A stretch of 62,310 bases of DNA, filler included, from Squatina squatina (taxonomy: Eukaryota): the NCBI GenBank assembly GCA_031763465.1. It is 4 parts of 4 records of this genome, joined end to end, with 100 filler letters (N's around TTAATTAATTAA, not from the genome) between each part and the next. Parts side by side here need not be neighbours in the genome. Positions count along the whole stretch, not along the records: positions 1 to 12,670 come from JARFOE010000233.1; positions 12,771 to 26,853 come from JARFOE010000120.1; 2 more parts are not named here. One strand, given 5' to 3'. Below, one piece after another: positions 1-13,639 of the stretch (within the stretch, counting starts at the first letter, position 1; every line of letters starts with the position of its first letter). Made by a program: the position numbers and the translations under genes. Under the pieces are notes generated by a model. That model did no database searches. It was not told the DNA's origin and worked only from the letters and a program-made list of their open reading frames with translations.

Positions 1-790
1 GGTCAAAGAGGTAGGTTTTAAGGAGAGTCTTAAAAGAGAAGAGAGAGGTAGAGAAGCGGAGAGGTTTAAGGAGGGAATTCCAGAGCTAGGTCGCTGAAGA
101 CATGGCCACCAATGGCAGAGCGATTAAAATCGGGTATGCTCAAGAGGCCAGAATTGGAGGAGCACAAATATCTTAGAGAGTTGTAGGATTGCAGGAGGTT
201 ACAGAGATAGGGAAGGGTGAGGCCAAGGAGGGATTTGTAAACAAGGTTGAGAATTTTAAAATTGAGGCGTTGCTTAACCAGGAGCCAATATAGGTCAACG
301 AGCATAGGGGTAATGGGTGAATGAGACTTAGTGCAAGTTAGGATAAGGGCAGCCAAGTTTTGGATGAGCTTATGTTTATGGAGGGTGGAAGATGGGAGGA
401 TGGCCAGGAGTGCCTTGGAATAGTAAAGTCTAGAGGGAACAAAGACTTGGATGAGGGTCTCAGCAGCAGATAAGCTGAGGCAGGGGCAGAGTTGAGCGAC
501 GTTACAAAAGTGGAAATAGGCGGACTTAGTGATGGCGCAGGTATGTGGTCAGAAGCTCACCTTGGTGTCAAATACGACACCAATGTTACAAACAGTCTGG
601 TTGAGCCTCAGACAGTTGCAGGACGGAGTTTGTGGTGGAGACTGAAGGCAGTGGCTTAGGTTTCCCTAATATTTGGTTGGAGGAAATTTCTGCTTATCTA
701 GTACTGGATGTTGGACAAGCAGCGTGTCAAATCAAAAACAGTGGAGCAGTTGAGAGAGGTGGTAGGCAGGTGGAGCAAGGTCTCATCAGC
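1..790 (-). mobile_element. Decayed L2-clade LINE, 3' part of ORF2
   Basis: Minus ORF 66-356 reads LYWLLVKQRLNFKILNLVYKSL...PYLCNLLQSY...LCSSNSGLLSIP...AIGGHVFS, the typical L2 ORF2 C-terminus. It is homologous to 23912-24213. Confidence 0.85.
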
Positions 791-2141
791 GTAAGGGTGG
801 AAGTGAATTTTGTTTCAGAGCAGGTTTCTGGCGAGAAACTGTTTCAGCGAGTTAATTCCCCACCTGCCAAAGGCCTCGGCTATTTTAACCACCGGGCTTC
901 ATTTCATTGCCGCTGGTCCACTCCCCTAGTGAGGTCCCTAATGTGCACCTAAAATTAGTAAGTCTGCTTTGGGTTTTGCATATACAGTATCTCCTACTTA
1001 ACTGCATAATGTTTAATTGGTAAAATTATAACATACTGAATTTCTTTATTAACCTGTATAATTGAATCCTCTTATTTTGCATAAAAATGCTTTCCCACAG
1101 AAATTGACCCCTACCTGTTTATTTATGTAGTGTGTCATCATTAAGCCCATAGATCTGGCTTGCATCAATAAAATTATGGGCCACTATACACACTGTCTGT
1201 ATTGTGTAGTACAATTAACCAGTATAAGCATTTCATAGAAGACTTCAAGTAACGTGGTGGCATATTTATAGTTTTAAAATAAAGCCCTTCCTTTATTGAT
1301 CAGCAGAATTATTGTTACTTTCATTTCAGACTGACAACCCAAATAATCCAACTGAAACATTTTGAGGAAATTATAAAGATGTTAAAGAAAGAACCCATTC
1401 ATTTTACTTTAGGTCATTTAGTTACATAACTACTTATATGTAATTATATAATAATCACTAGTTCCAACATTGCAGATTAAAGAGGAATTGTGCCTTTTGA
1501 GGAGTTTCCAAGTTCCCTAATTTCCTGGGACAAGCAATTCCATGAATTGAATTTCAAAGACTTTATCTGTAGTATGAACAATGTATCTTTTGTGAACATC
1601 ATTTATTTTAAAATGTTAAATTAAGTTACAATTTTAAACATGATCAGCAGCACAGCACCGTCATCACATCAACAGTCATGTCATTTTGCACCTCAGTTGG
1701 CATTCCTGGTTCAAACGATATTTTATGACCATTATGACTATTTTATGACAGTGACAAGGGTCCTTTACAAGGGAAATGCTGCATCTCATAGTTAGTAGTT
1801 ATGTTTGTCAAGATGTGTCAACCAAATTTAATTGATGAAAAGTTTTGTATTAATAGTTGAATTTAGTTCAAAAAGAACAGACTGTGAGACATGGTCATAC
1901 AAATGTTATACCAACCTACCAGTGCCTCAGCTGTCACCCCAAACTGGCACTGGTAATTTTTCAAAATTGAAATATGGCCCTTTTATGTAGCACGTTCAGG
2001 GTGGAGCTGGAATAACTTAGTTGACGCAGTGCTTAAAACAANNNNNNNNNNNNNNNNNNNNNNNNNNNNNNNNNNNNNNNNNNNNNNNNNNNNNNNNNNN
2101 NNNNNNNNNNNNNNNNNNNNNNNNNNNNNNNNNNNNNNNNN

Positions 2142-2203
2142 CTGGCACACACACAATGGGCCGAATGGCCTCCTTCTGTGCTGTAACTTTCTACGATTCT
2201 ATG
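2142..2203 (+). mobile_element. CR1 LINE 3' tail fragment
   Basis: Sequence atgggccgaatggcctccttctgtgctgtaa is followed by a (ctatgatt)-type terminal microsatellite. Confidence 0.7.
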
Positions 2204-5200
2204 AAATATGAGGAACCACCTGATGCCAGCATCCCCTAAAACTCCTTCAAAGTCATGACTTTAGGAACTGATATTTGCTCTATCCTCCAGCCCAGTTCAT
2301 GCATGGTTTTTGCCTGCCATGGATTAAATATCACTTATATACATAGCTATAGGGAATTGCTGAATTTTCCTCTTCTTTGACATTTATTTATTCTTGCAGG
2401 ACATTTTAGGAAAACAAACCTGAGAGGTAACAGATTAGCAAAAGTCAATGCTTAAACAAAAAGAGTTCAAAAAAGGGTTGTTTATAATGCATTTTATTGA
2501 AATGACAATGAATAAATTACATGACAATGTAACGGTTTATGAACCTGTCTTTCAACAATTCCCGATTAACAAACACGCTAATATTTCATTTAAATGTAAT
2601 CAGAGACTGCATTAAAAGTCAATAAATCCTGACGTTGCCAGGTCTCCAGTGCCATTATTTTTCAGTCTAAGTGGCAGCGGTGTGAAGAGTGTCTTAAATG
2701 CAGTATATCCGCAGTCGCCATTGATTGTAATGCGGGTGGGGCTATGATGATTAGCTGTTCAACTTTTTCAGTGAGTGTCTTGGTGGTGGGGTGCAAACAT
2801 TCCAGCAAATTATGGTGTAAGTAATGGCCTAAGCCACTCACTCCATATTTTCCCGGAATTTCTGCACCATAATAAAGGCGTACGCTGTAGATGTGTCATT
2901 ACTGTGGTGCAAATTTTCAGCAAATTCAAGCCTGTCACTTTCACTGTTGTGCTCAAATAAAATGTAAAATTCTACTACGTGTAAAATAAAATAGTTGCCC
3001 GAGTTTCTTGTTTCCAAATGGATTCTGTGAGCACACTGTGAGTGTTCAAATAGTATCTGCAAATGAGGCTTGAATGGTTTTAACTCCATGCATGGGTTAA
3101 TTAATTGTATCCCACTTTAAGCACACCCACAAATCATTGGCACAAATAGTGTAGTCATGCCACATAGCTGCTCTCTGAATAGAATTGGGCCCCCAATGCT
3201 TGATGCCAAATTACAATGATTGCGTTCAGCAATGAAACACTGAATATGTCAGTTTGTCAAAGGAAAGTTGTCTTTGGAAGACAGCTGCTAGAAAATTACC
3301 AAGATGTTTCCATTGCACATTTTCTGTTGGACTTTTTGTTAAAAATTGTATAAACTCCTTATGCACATTTCCCGTTGGCCTATTTTTTCCACTCCGTTTA
3401 TATTTGTGACAACAGCCTTAAGAACAGACAGCATTATTAAGGAACAGTATAACTGGCAGGGATTTTTGTCTAAATATGTGCTGGAGTGTTTTTCCTATTT
3501 GAGTAAATTGCAGGTGCAATTTTTTTCATGGCTTTAGCTAATGCAATTTCTATTAAACATCAATGATTTACGATGACACACTAGGGCAGTGCTGACATAT
3601 TTGTATGTCATGTAAACTGTTTATAATCTCTATAATTCCTTGTTCATGTGCCAAACATCAAAACTTTGTGTACAGACATGTCTGCACAAAGCAACATATC
3701 TACATGGCCATGCGTGAGTCATCAAATAATGCAAGTCAACAAAATTATTTCTATAACTTTTTATTTCTGAAGAAAAATACTCTTTCCTTTGCAAAGAAGC
3801 ACCATTTGTCAAATCATTTTTATTGGAAAATGTTGACTGCTGAGATCAATAGAATTAAGCAAATTAAAAGGAGGAAGACTGAACACAGGGGTTAGGGTTT
3901 AATAGAACTGTTCAATGTCGGAGAGCCAAATCCTGGTGAACATCTAACTCATTTGCCAAGACTATTTATATTTAATTAGGATTATACTTAGATCAGAATT
4001 TCTAGGCAACCAGAAATACAGAAAATGGTACAGTGGCATTCTGTCTTTGAATTTATATTATATTTAGATGATCCGCTCATTTATCCAGACTAACTGTACC
4101 TCTAAGTTGATCGAATAAAGCTGCATTTTAATTGAGGTGGACTTGATTATTTTCAAATGACACTGCTGTTTCAGCATAGGTCAAAAATTGTAAGCAATAA
4201 AGCTTAATCTTCAGAATGCCAGAGGCAACGTTACATGTTGTGGCTACCATTTCCAGGCTTCAATATGATTTCATTGTCAGAGATTGACTTTGTTGCAGTT
4301 ATAATGCAATCATGTCATTCCTTAAAATCTGGAATTTTCATTCGCTGGAGATCCTGCCTTTAACGATGACTTTCATCCAATGAAAATCCTTTTTTTAAAA
4401 AAAAAGTTGCTCATACATCCAAAATGGACATAAGGCAGAAGAAGAAAAGTAAGTAAAAGATCTTAAAGTTGAAATAAATAGCACAAAATGTAGAAGAGAT
4501 TAAAAAGGAGAAAATTAAAGTTAAAATAAAATAAAGGGCAGAGACTGGGGAAGAAGAAAAAGTGGAAGGATCAAAAAGGAAGACAAGGCAAGCACAGGTG
4601 ACGTCTTTTTAAAACTATTTATATAAAATCACATTTTAGTTGCTTAAGTTGGTGTATAGAGTTAACCCATGTATTCTATTTCAAAAACATTCAAAATGTT
4701 TGTCTCTCTGGCTGAACAGTTTGCTTGTTTTCAACTTACTCACATTAATGTTGCAGTAAAGCTATTTCTGATTTTTGAATTGTTTTATTCTATAATATTA
4801 ACGCGTGGGAGACGCAAAACCATTGTGCACAGAGAGGCAGGAATTTTGGTTGCCAACATTTCTTTTAAATAAAAAGGAACAAGCGGATCATATGCTTACT
4901 TTTGTTCACTCTCAATCTTCTCCTGCCCTGGCTTCAAAGTAATGACTCTCTCTCCCTGGCAGTTCTGCAGGCACCAGCAACTTGAACAATCTCATCCAAG
5001 TGGCCTTTCTTCATGTGTGAGCTTAAACAGTGCGTTTCCAAAGGTTTTTCAAGCATGGGGACAAAGCAGCTTGGACCAACCCTGTCCCCGCTTGACATCT
5101 ACGTATTCATTTTCTAACAGTGGTCGCTGAATAGCTTTCTGACAAATTCCGCCCTCCTCCCCAAGGCCAGCTGTAGCACTCATATGCAGATTCACTTTAA

Positions 5201-6759
5201 GAAGTAAATTGCATCCAGTCGGGTGAACGTTGATCATGGGCGCATAAGCAACAGCGCTCAGAAAGCACACTGAATGGCCCAAATCTCAGCTGAAATTGGG
5301 CTGCATATAATTTCTTTACTATTTTCATCTGCGATGTTCATCTTTCACTCAGGTATATGTACACAGCTAGAAGTAACATGTATCGCAGAATTCTCAAAAG
5401 TTTGGACTCATCTAATTCTAAGCACAGTACACAAGTTTTATTTTAAAAGAAAGGTAATAAATACTTAACTTTTACAAGGAAGAGTTTTTCTTTTGTGAGG
5501 TAGACATAATTTTTGGTGCAAGTCTGCTGTGAAAAATGCTGGGTGTCCAGCTGTCCAGGTTTGGATGAAAGTCTGGACACAGTTGGAAAGTATAAAAACA
5601 ATAACATCCGCTTGCACTTTTAGAGCGTCTTCAACATAATAAAATATCATAACCAGACACAGCAATAGGGGTGTTGACTGAAAGCGAGATCAGACAGGTA
5701 GGTTTTAAGGAGTGTGGGGCGGNNNNNNNNNNNNNNNNNNNNNNNNNNNNNNNNNNNNNNNNNNNNNNNNNNNNNNNNNNNNNNNNNNNNNNNNNNNNNN
5801 NNNNNNNNNNNNNNNNNNNNNNGTGAAAACACATATCCTCATTCAATCCCTCATAACATCTCGAGGGACTATTTATTCTTAGTGGAATTAATAGCAGGTT
5901 AGCCTCATCCTCTTTTGATGCTGCTCACTTTCTGTTGCCCTCTTATGTTCTCCTCCTCCTCCAGCAAAGAGGGGAATGCCCACATAGAGAAACCCATAGG
6001 GCTGTGTGATTTCCTTTACTGTGGGTGGGGATTGAAAATGTACTGATGATAAGAGTTACTCACTCTGGCAGTTTGAAATGCAGCTAAGTAACTCCCCTAA
6101 AGTGAGAAAAAAATTCTGAGATATGGACAAAAGCTGTCCAGGCTGTAGACCACTTAATTGGAGCACGTCTACTGGCTGGATGTGCTCAATGCAAGTTTAA
6201 TCTGGTTGGAAGTTGCACCAATGAGAATGATGTCCCATAAGGATGGAAATGATGTGAATTCCAATATTTAACACCATTCATCTCATTTGCATGTACATGC
6301 TGGTTATGCGGTGGGGAGAGGAAACAACCCCACCAATCAGCCTGAAAGTTTTGTCGGCATTAAAATAGGGTGCAAACCTGGCAGAAATGGGGCCCGCCCT
6401 AAAATCAGAGACTCAAAGGGGAAATATGTCCATATCATGCTCATACCTCAGTAAAATCATTGCAAATTTTTGATGCCGTGATGTTTACCATAGTAGATCA
6501 TCACACACGTAAAGAAAAACTTTATATCATAATACAGCCTCTTCTAGATCTCAAATGAAGGGACCTGAAATGACAACGGGTGAGGGGGTTAAAATATCAG
6601 GATTGGGCAACCCGACTCCATTCCTGCCCCTTTAAATTTTTAAGTGCTGATATCAGACCATGGACGAGACTCCAGCAAAAGGCAAGCTGGGGCCTAACTA
6701 ACGGAACAAAGTCGCAGCTTAATGACTTAGTCGGCACCATGATTTAAAGTTAATATTAA

Positions 6760-6866
6760 GGGGTAGAATTTCCGTGGGGTTTCTCCCATTTATACCATTT
6801 TTCCAGAGTTTCTACAGATCTGCCACTGAAGTTACGGCGGATGATTGGGAGAACCCCCGCAGAAAT
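6760..6866. mobile_element. Partial PIF/Harbinger-type MITE
   Basis: ggggtagaatttccgtggggtttctccc ... gggagaacccccgcagaaat folds back on itself. The terminus matches the element at 12371-12536. Confidence 0.55.
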
Positions 6867-8554
6867 GAATAGTGGTAGCGTCTTAAACCAAGCAGATAAG
6901 TCTGAGTCGAATTTATTTTCAAAATGGAAATTTGCAACAGAGCAGACTATGGAAAACAGGAACAGATATATTGTAGCCTGTGTGTGAATGCAGCTTTGTC
7001 TCTGGGTGTGCGCAAGTGTTCACGGTGCATGGTGTGTGCATGAGGGCCTTGCGTATACCGTACTACACAGGAGGTAGGAGGTCCAGTCTGGCAGGCAATC
7101 ATTTTCCCATGATTTTTATACAAGCATTCATTCAGTAAAAATTAGCACAGCTATTGACACATCCGCCATAATCATCCTGACAGACTTGCTATGGAACATC
7201 AGGGGGGTAAAAGTTTGGTAATATGTCCACACAGAAGGAATGGCACTTTTGAATAGCCACGGTATTCAGATGCAAATCGTAAGCTTTGTGACTGACAAGT
7301 GTCACACCCATGATTGTGCAATTGAAAAAGTCTTACAGTTATGTTAACGGAACTGTCCAGAGAACAAAACAACTCTATTAGTCCTTTGCAGCTGTTTAAA
7401 TCATCAGCAGGGGGGAGGGATTTATTAAGGCAAGCTACATGGCTCAGATGTGATTTCCTGAGAAATGAAGGGCAGGGCTAATTATAAGTCAAAATTGGAT
7501 CAGCTGTAGTCATCTATCATGGAAACCCGTTCACACAACTTTTCAGATCATTTTATAATTGATGACTTCACTATTTTCTGTCACACAGCACAGCGCCGTC
7601 TGACTCATTCAGAGGCATGAAAAATTAGATTAAGACAGGGGAGTTAATTTTCTATGACAGATTACCAGGTTAAAAACTTTTGTGTAGGAACACAATAATG
7701 TAATCTATCATAGTCATGGGATAGGCAGGTGCCTCTGAAACCTCTGCAGGAGTTGCTGTCGATTTTGGATACTGACTGTATTTATATGAATGGATGATGG
7801 CAGGAACAGGACTGGATGTGAGGGAATGTATTCGAAGATACAATAGTGTCAGCTGTTTATTTCATCTTGGAATCCCTGGAAAAATGAGTGTAGTGATGAG
7901 TGAACAGATTGGGGAAACGAAAGTCACTTTGACATTGTTTCCTTTGACAATAAGGAAAATGTTTAAGTTATGGTGAACGTTTCAGAAGTTGCATTTTGCG
8001 CACAGAATATTACTTTGCCTCATATTACATTAATCTTTTGGGTATTACGGGCCTTTGAGATTACATTTGGTGTGATTCTTGGTAAGCATCACTTCATAAA
8101 TGCTTCGGTGCAACAATGCAGATGCACATAAAAACATCAAGAATGGCCATGTGGGCGACAGAATGTATCTAGTACCTGTGGAACTGCACCCTATGCTATT
8201 AGGAGAGAAGAGAAATTGTGGTTCGTCTGCCCAATTGCATGTAAAAACACTGCCTGGTAACTTATCACTGTCCATTATTTGGACAAAATCTAATAATTAC
8301 TGAAGTAAATCATTATTATTTATATCTAATTTTATTTCAGTATTTTTTGGGGTCACTGAGATTTGATGACCAATTGAATGAACTAACTGGGAGGAGCTAT
8401 GCTTGACCATGAGACAGAGGTAACAGGTAAAATATGACCGCTGACAGGTTCTGGGTTAACGGCCCTCCGTACACATGGCTTTGTCACAATATCCGACTCA
8501 GCAGGCTGATCCTAATCAGATTCCCCAACCATGCTAGCAGCAGCCAAGCACATA

Positions 8555-9770
8555 TATCAAATAAAACAGAAAAAGAACAAGGCCTGTAGAAACTAAAAGA
8601 GTTGAAGAAATAAGGGAGTCAAAAATTGAGATGTGAAGGAGAGCAAATTTTGTAGAAAAATGAGGGAGTTGAAAAGAGGTAAAGTTAAGCAGGGAATAGA
8701 AAAGTGAGATGTGAGGAGAGGAAGAGAGAAATAGGAGAAAAACAATCATGATGGAGACAAAAAACATAGAAAACTGTGAGGAGAAGCAAAGCTTAGTAAA
8801 AGAAATGAGCATATGAATAGTAAAAAAGGAAACAGAATTAATATGAGTAAGAGGAAATACAAATTGCAAAAGGAGAGTAACAAAGAGAAATAGTGGACTA
8901 CAAAATGAGCGGTCACAGGAGAAGAGGTAAGTAAAAATAAGAAAGATGAAAAAGGTAGAAAAGAAAAATCAGAAGACAAGAAACTGCTCAGAAAGTTAAG
9001 TATTATTAAGAGGGATGAGAGGGGGTAAATCAAAGAGAACAATTAGAGAAAAAGATACATGGAAACAAAAAGATGCAAAGGAGAAAGAGAAATAAAAGGG
9101 AGATAACAAGGAAGAAAATTAAGACAAGGGGAAAGATAGGAAAATGATAGAAGAGAAAAAGAAGGAAATGAGAGGAACATTAAAAGAAAACGGAGTTCAA
9201 CAGAGGAAACGTGCATGGTAAATGAGAAGTGGAGGAAGAGCGTAGAAAATGAGAGATGGGGAAAGGAAAAAATAAGGATGAAAAGAAAGGATAAAGAAAG
9301 ATGAGAGAATTTGCAGTGAGAAAAGAAAAGGGAGTTCTGGAGAGGAAATGGTAAATAGGAAATGAAAAGGACGAAAAAAGAGAAATAGGAAACAAGAAGG
9401 TTGTCATGAAGTTAATCGTAAAGTGGAAAACCTTAAGTTAGGAAAAGGACTGTAGAAAGCTAAGGGTATGAGAAGGAGAGAAAAAGTTAACCGGTAAAAA
9501 GGTAAGTAGAATTAAGTTGAGAAGAAATAGTAAAATTGAAACAGATAAATCAGTTCAGGATAGTAAAGGGTAATTAGAAAATAACAGCAATGAGAAGAAG
9601 GAGTTAAATGGGGAAATGGGAAATAAGCAGGGGAAAATTTCAGTTATAATTAAGAAAAACAAGGTACAAAAAAGTGATCAGAAAAATGAGAGTATATGGA
9701 GAGGTGAAGCTAAAGAGCCAAGATTGGAATTGAGGAAAGGAAAAGGTTCAAATGCACAATGAGAGATGAG
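8555..9770 (+). repeat. About 1.2 kb low-complexity purine-rich (A/G) tract
   Basis: The plus strand is mostly A/G with scarce C. The overlapping minus-strand ORFs are F/L/S-rich artefacts. Confidence 0.85.
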
Positions 9771-10173
9771 GGCCAGGAATTTGTGGTAGTAATGATGGTG
9801 AAACTGTCAGCCCTCGTCGCCACTACTCCGTAAAACTGAGAGCAACTTCTGGAGTCCCCACATGCGCAGTTAAATGCGGAAATCCAGAAGTTGCTGTCAG
9901 TGATACCCTGCTTCTCCACAGGGTGCAGTATTGCAGTCCGCACAGATGCAATCAACAGTGAATTGACATGAACCTCAACTTTTTATGCTCTAATCTTGCT
10001 GTAAAACCCCTTAAAGTTAAGCTTTGTTGAATGAGGTGTAACTGATATTTTAATGGTGTGCTAAGTCATAATTACTGCTGAACAACTTCTCTGGCTCTGA
10101 AAAACTAATTTTATATGTGGAGTCTCATTTCCTACATTACATGATAAAAATTCCATAATTTTTAAAATAATTA
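9770..10173. mobile_element. Left part of a non-autonomous Harbinger-like DNA transposon with an internal hairpin
   Basis: Starts gggccaggaatt (GGGC..AATT type TIR). Contains the inverted repeat agcaacttctgga...tccagaagttgct. Homologous to 60540-60835. Confidence 0.65.
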
Positions 10174-12370
10174 NNNNNNNNNNNNNNNNNNNNNNNNNNN
10201 NNNNNNNNNNNNNNNNNNNNNNNNNNNNNNNNNNNNNNNNNNNNNNNNNNNNNNNNNNNNNNNNNNNNNNNNNNNNNNNNNNNNNNNNNNNNNNNNNNNN
10301 NNNNNNNNNNNNNNNNNNNNNNNNNNNNNNNNNNNNNNNNNNNNNNNNNNNNNNNNNNNNNNNNNNNNNNNNNNNNNNNNNNNNNNNNNNNNNNNNNNNN
10401 NNNNNNNNNNNNNNNNNNNNNNNNNNNNNNNNNNNNNNNNNNNNNNNNNNNNNNNNNNNNNNNNNNNNNNNNNNNNNNNNNNNNNNNNNNNNNNNNNNNN
10501 NNNNNNNNNNNNNNNNNNNNNNNNNNNNNNNNNNNNNNNNNNNNNNNNNNNNNNNNNNNNNNNNNNNNNNNNNNNNNNNNNNNNNNNNNNNNNNNNNNNN
10601 NNNNNNNNNNNNNNNNNNNNNNNNNNNNNNNNNNNNNNNNNNNNNNNNNNNNNNNNNNNNNNNNNNNNNNNNNNNNNNNNNNNNNNNNNNNNNNNNNNNN
10701 NNNNNNNNNNNNNNNNNNNNNNNNNNNNNNNNNNNNNNNNNNNNNNNNNNNNNNNNNNNNNNNNNNNNNNNNNNNNNNNNNNNNNNNNNNNNNNNNNNNN
10801 NNNNNNNNNNNNNNNNNNNNNNNNNNNNNNNNNNNNNNNNNNNNNNNNNNNNNNNNNNNNNNNNNNNNNNNNNNNNNNNNNNNNNNNNNNNNNNNNNNNN
10901 NNNNNNNNNNNNNNNNNNNNNNNNNNNNNNNNNNNNNNNNNNNNNNNNNNNNNNNNNNNNNNNNNNNNNNNNNNNNNNNNNNNNNNNNNNNNNNNNNNNN
11001 NNNNNNNNNNNNNNNNNNNNNNNNNNNNNNNNNTGATTTTATAAAATGCGTTCTGGTTGTGGTTGTAATTCTTTCTTTATTTGAGAGGTCTTACACAGAT
11101 ATAGGAGATGAATGCCTAACCAAAGACTGCCCAGAGAAATCCATATTCAGCTATTGTTTGCAACAAAGAATGGCTTGATGGCTTGAAATTGGAGAAACTG
11201 AATTAACAGAAAGCCAAGATTTTGCTTCCCTGCTACAAAAAAAAAACACCAGCAGAAATATGTTTACTGTGAGCCTGATTGGACAAAGCCTCTTGCCCTG
11301 TATAGGTAGTTTGGTGGTTTTACCTGCACATACTGGTTGGTGCTTCATCAGAAGTACAAAATGTCTGAGGGTACAAAAATAAATTAAAGGTTTCACAAGA
11401 AGCAATACATTCTCAGGTTTGAGTGACATCACTGTAATATTGGTAAAGGGAGAACTTGGAACTTTTGCTACTTCATCTGGCAATAAAAATGGGAAAGTTT
11501 TACAAGCAGGAAGGGAAAAACCTGAACGAACAGAGACCATTTAAAAGCATCTCCCTACTGTATTCAAAACGTCAAGTTTAAGTAGGCTTACTCCTTAAAA
11601 TAACATCCATGCACCCATGCCATCCTCTATCCCAGCATTAGCTCCCTACTATCTGAATTTGTGGAAAAGGGAAAATCAGAAATTAGTGGGAAGGGGAGAG
11701 GAGGGGGTGGGATGGACGGGGGGGAGGGACATTTCTGTCTTTGTTAACTCAAGCAAAAATGTTGTTTGTTTTAAGCAGAAAATATTGCCTTAAANNNNNN
11801 NNNNNNNNNNNNNNNNNNNNNNNNNNNNNNNNNNNNNNNNNNNNNNNNNNNNNNNNNNNNNNNNNNNNNNNNNNNNNNNNNNNNNNNNNNNNNNTTCACT
11901 AAATTCAGCAAAAGACAGGAATTTCACCTCCCAAGGGGCACTTCAGATTTACTGCTATTGGGAGGTGTTTAATCAACCTACAAATGGCAGCAGATCCCCT
12001 CCTTGATTCTGCTGGTGGGAGCGTTTCACACCATAGTACAACCATAAACTGCACACTCGACATACAGCAGGATTGTACTTACAGGATGTCATTGGCTTAT
12101 GGATGCACTTTATTTCATCCATTTAATATAGCTTTCTATCTGTTTTTCACATTTATAGTTTTCACTGAGAAACAAGCGTTGCCGCCTTTTCAGACAGTCT
12201 TTGGCACGGCTCACTTTGCAAAATAGTTTGCTTGGAAAATTCATTTTTTACAGCTCCTTACAGGCCGCAAAGAAAAAAAGTTTCAACTGCAGCAAAAATG
12301 ACATTTGCTGCAGCACAAATGATCACAATGAGGCTGTTTCTTTTTTTGTTAATAAACTTTAAAACTATAG

Positions 12371-12536
12371 GCCTTGAATTTCCGTGGGGTTCTCGAAGCT
12401 CTCCTGCCGTGAGTTCAGCGGGAGATCGGCCAAACTCCTGGAGAAATGGTGTGAATGGTTTTGTTTAGCTGGTTATACTGTTTCTCCAAGGATTCCAACC
12501 ATTTCCCGCCAGACAGCCCCCGTGGAAATTCCAGGC
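12371..12536. mobile_element. PIF/Harbinger-type MITE (about 166 bp)
   Basis: TIRs gccttgaatttccgtgggg / cccccgtggaaattccaggc, plus an internal inverted repeat (ggagaaa...tttctcc). Confidence 0.7.
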
Positions 12537-12714
12537 GCTTTTTGTTTAGCTGGTGGTACAAAGGGGAAGATTTCCTCCGTGTGATCTTTGCAGAAAAATT
12601 GCATACTCCCCTATCAAGAGTGAATATATGTTTTTGGTACAAATACAACAGAGATAAAAATTTTCAAACANNNNNNNNNNNNNNNNNNNNNNNNNNNNNN
12701 NNNNNNNNNNNNNN

Positions 12715-12726
12715 TTAATTAATTAA
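12715..12726. other. Artificial six-frame-stop scaffold spacer TTAATTAATTAA
   Basis: Flanked by exactly 44 N on each side, 100 bp in total. Confidence 0.95.
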
Positions 12727-12770
12727 NNNNNNNNNNNNNNNNNNNNNNNNNNNNNNNNNNNNNNNNNNNN

Positions 12771-13230
12771 TCAATAATCTCACACAAGTTGTCAAGGTAA
12801 GTGAGTTCATCTTCAAATGCCATATCCTACGAGTTGCACCACTAGCCTCATCCACTGCTCAATTACTCATCTACCAACAATCTTGATTAATCAGTGCTCA
12901 GCCCTCACACTCATATGCTTTACCTCACTCTCACACACTTAGCACTGTTTCAAGCCTCACACCCACATCTCAAAGCTTGCACACATTGGCAGTTATTCAG
13001 CCATGATAACCACATCATTGAAACATATTGCACAACACTCACTGACAAATTTCCCTCTATCTTGCAAGAGAAGGTGATGCGTAACAGGAAGCAGCAGGAA
13101 TTAACTGGAAGGGGGCAAGCGCGCCTGCATGTTTTAACTCCCATGGAGGAGACAGCGCTGGCCATCATGGGAAGGGACATTGCTGAACCATGGCCACTGG
13201 TAAGGATGATTCATTTAATGATGAGGGTAT
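12771..13230 (+). pseudogene. Harbinger Myb/SANT-like partner gene, decayed and intron-containing
   Basis: NNLTQVVK followed by a gtaagt donor, then after an intron EKVMRNRKQQELTGRGQARLHVLTPMEETALAIMG. This matches the C-terminal part of Harbinger Myb-like proteins (..HNRR..TGGG..LTP.EE). Confidence 0.7.
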
Positions 13231-13639
13231 CTGCATATGTGATCCTCCTTGTCTCATCCCACTTCTCCCTCATCCTTCAATCTCTTCTGACCGAGATGCT
13301 GCAGATGGTGTAAGCCTGCACTTCCTACTTTCTTCTCTCCCCTCACCACAACCCAACTCTTGTCCCTTTTTCATGGAACAAAAAAGTGAAGATGAAGAGA
13401 CACTGTCACTCGATTACGGAGTCACAGTCACCAGCTCAGATACTGACACTGCACGTATTTTAGAGGATAGGATAGAGGCGGGATTTGCACTTGGGGAGTT
13501 GTGGTTGAGGTTACTGGTGTCGCTCATAGATCATATACAGCACGGGCAGAAAGGGGCTATCTACATCGCAGCCTCCCTTCCTCTTCCTGTTCGTCCACTT
13601 CCTCCTCCTCTACTTCATCCTCCTCCACTTCTCACCTGC

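Noticed and set aside
8534-9407. Hydrophobic membrane-protein-like ORFs
   Set aside because: Translation artefacts of the purine-rich low-complexity tract.
12287-12313. 10-bp inverted repeat ctgcagcaaa...tttgctgcag as a terminator or ncRNA
   Set aside because: Short and isolated, in a eukaryotic context, and compatible with chance.
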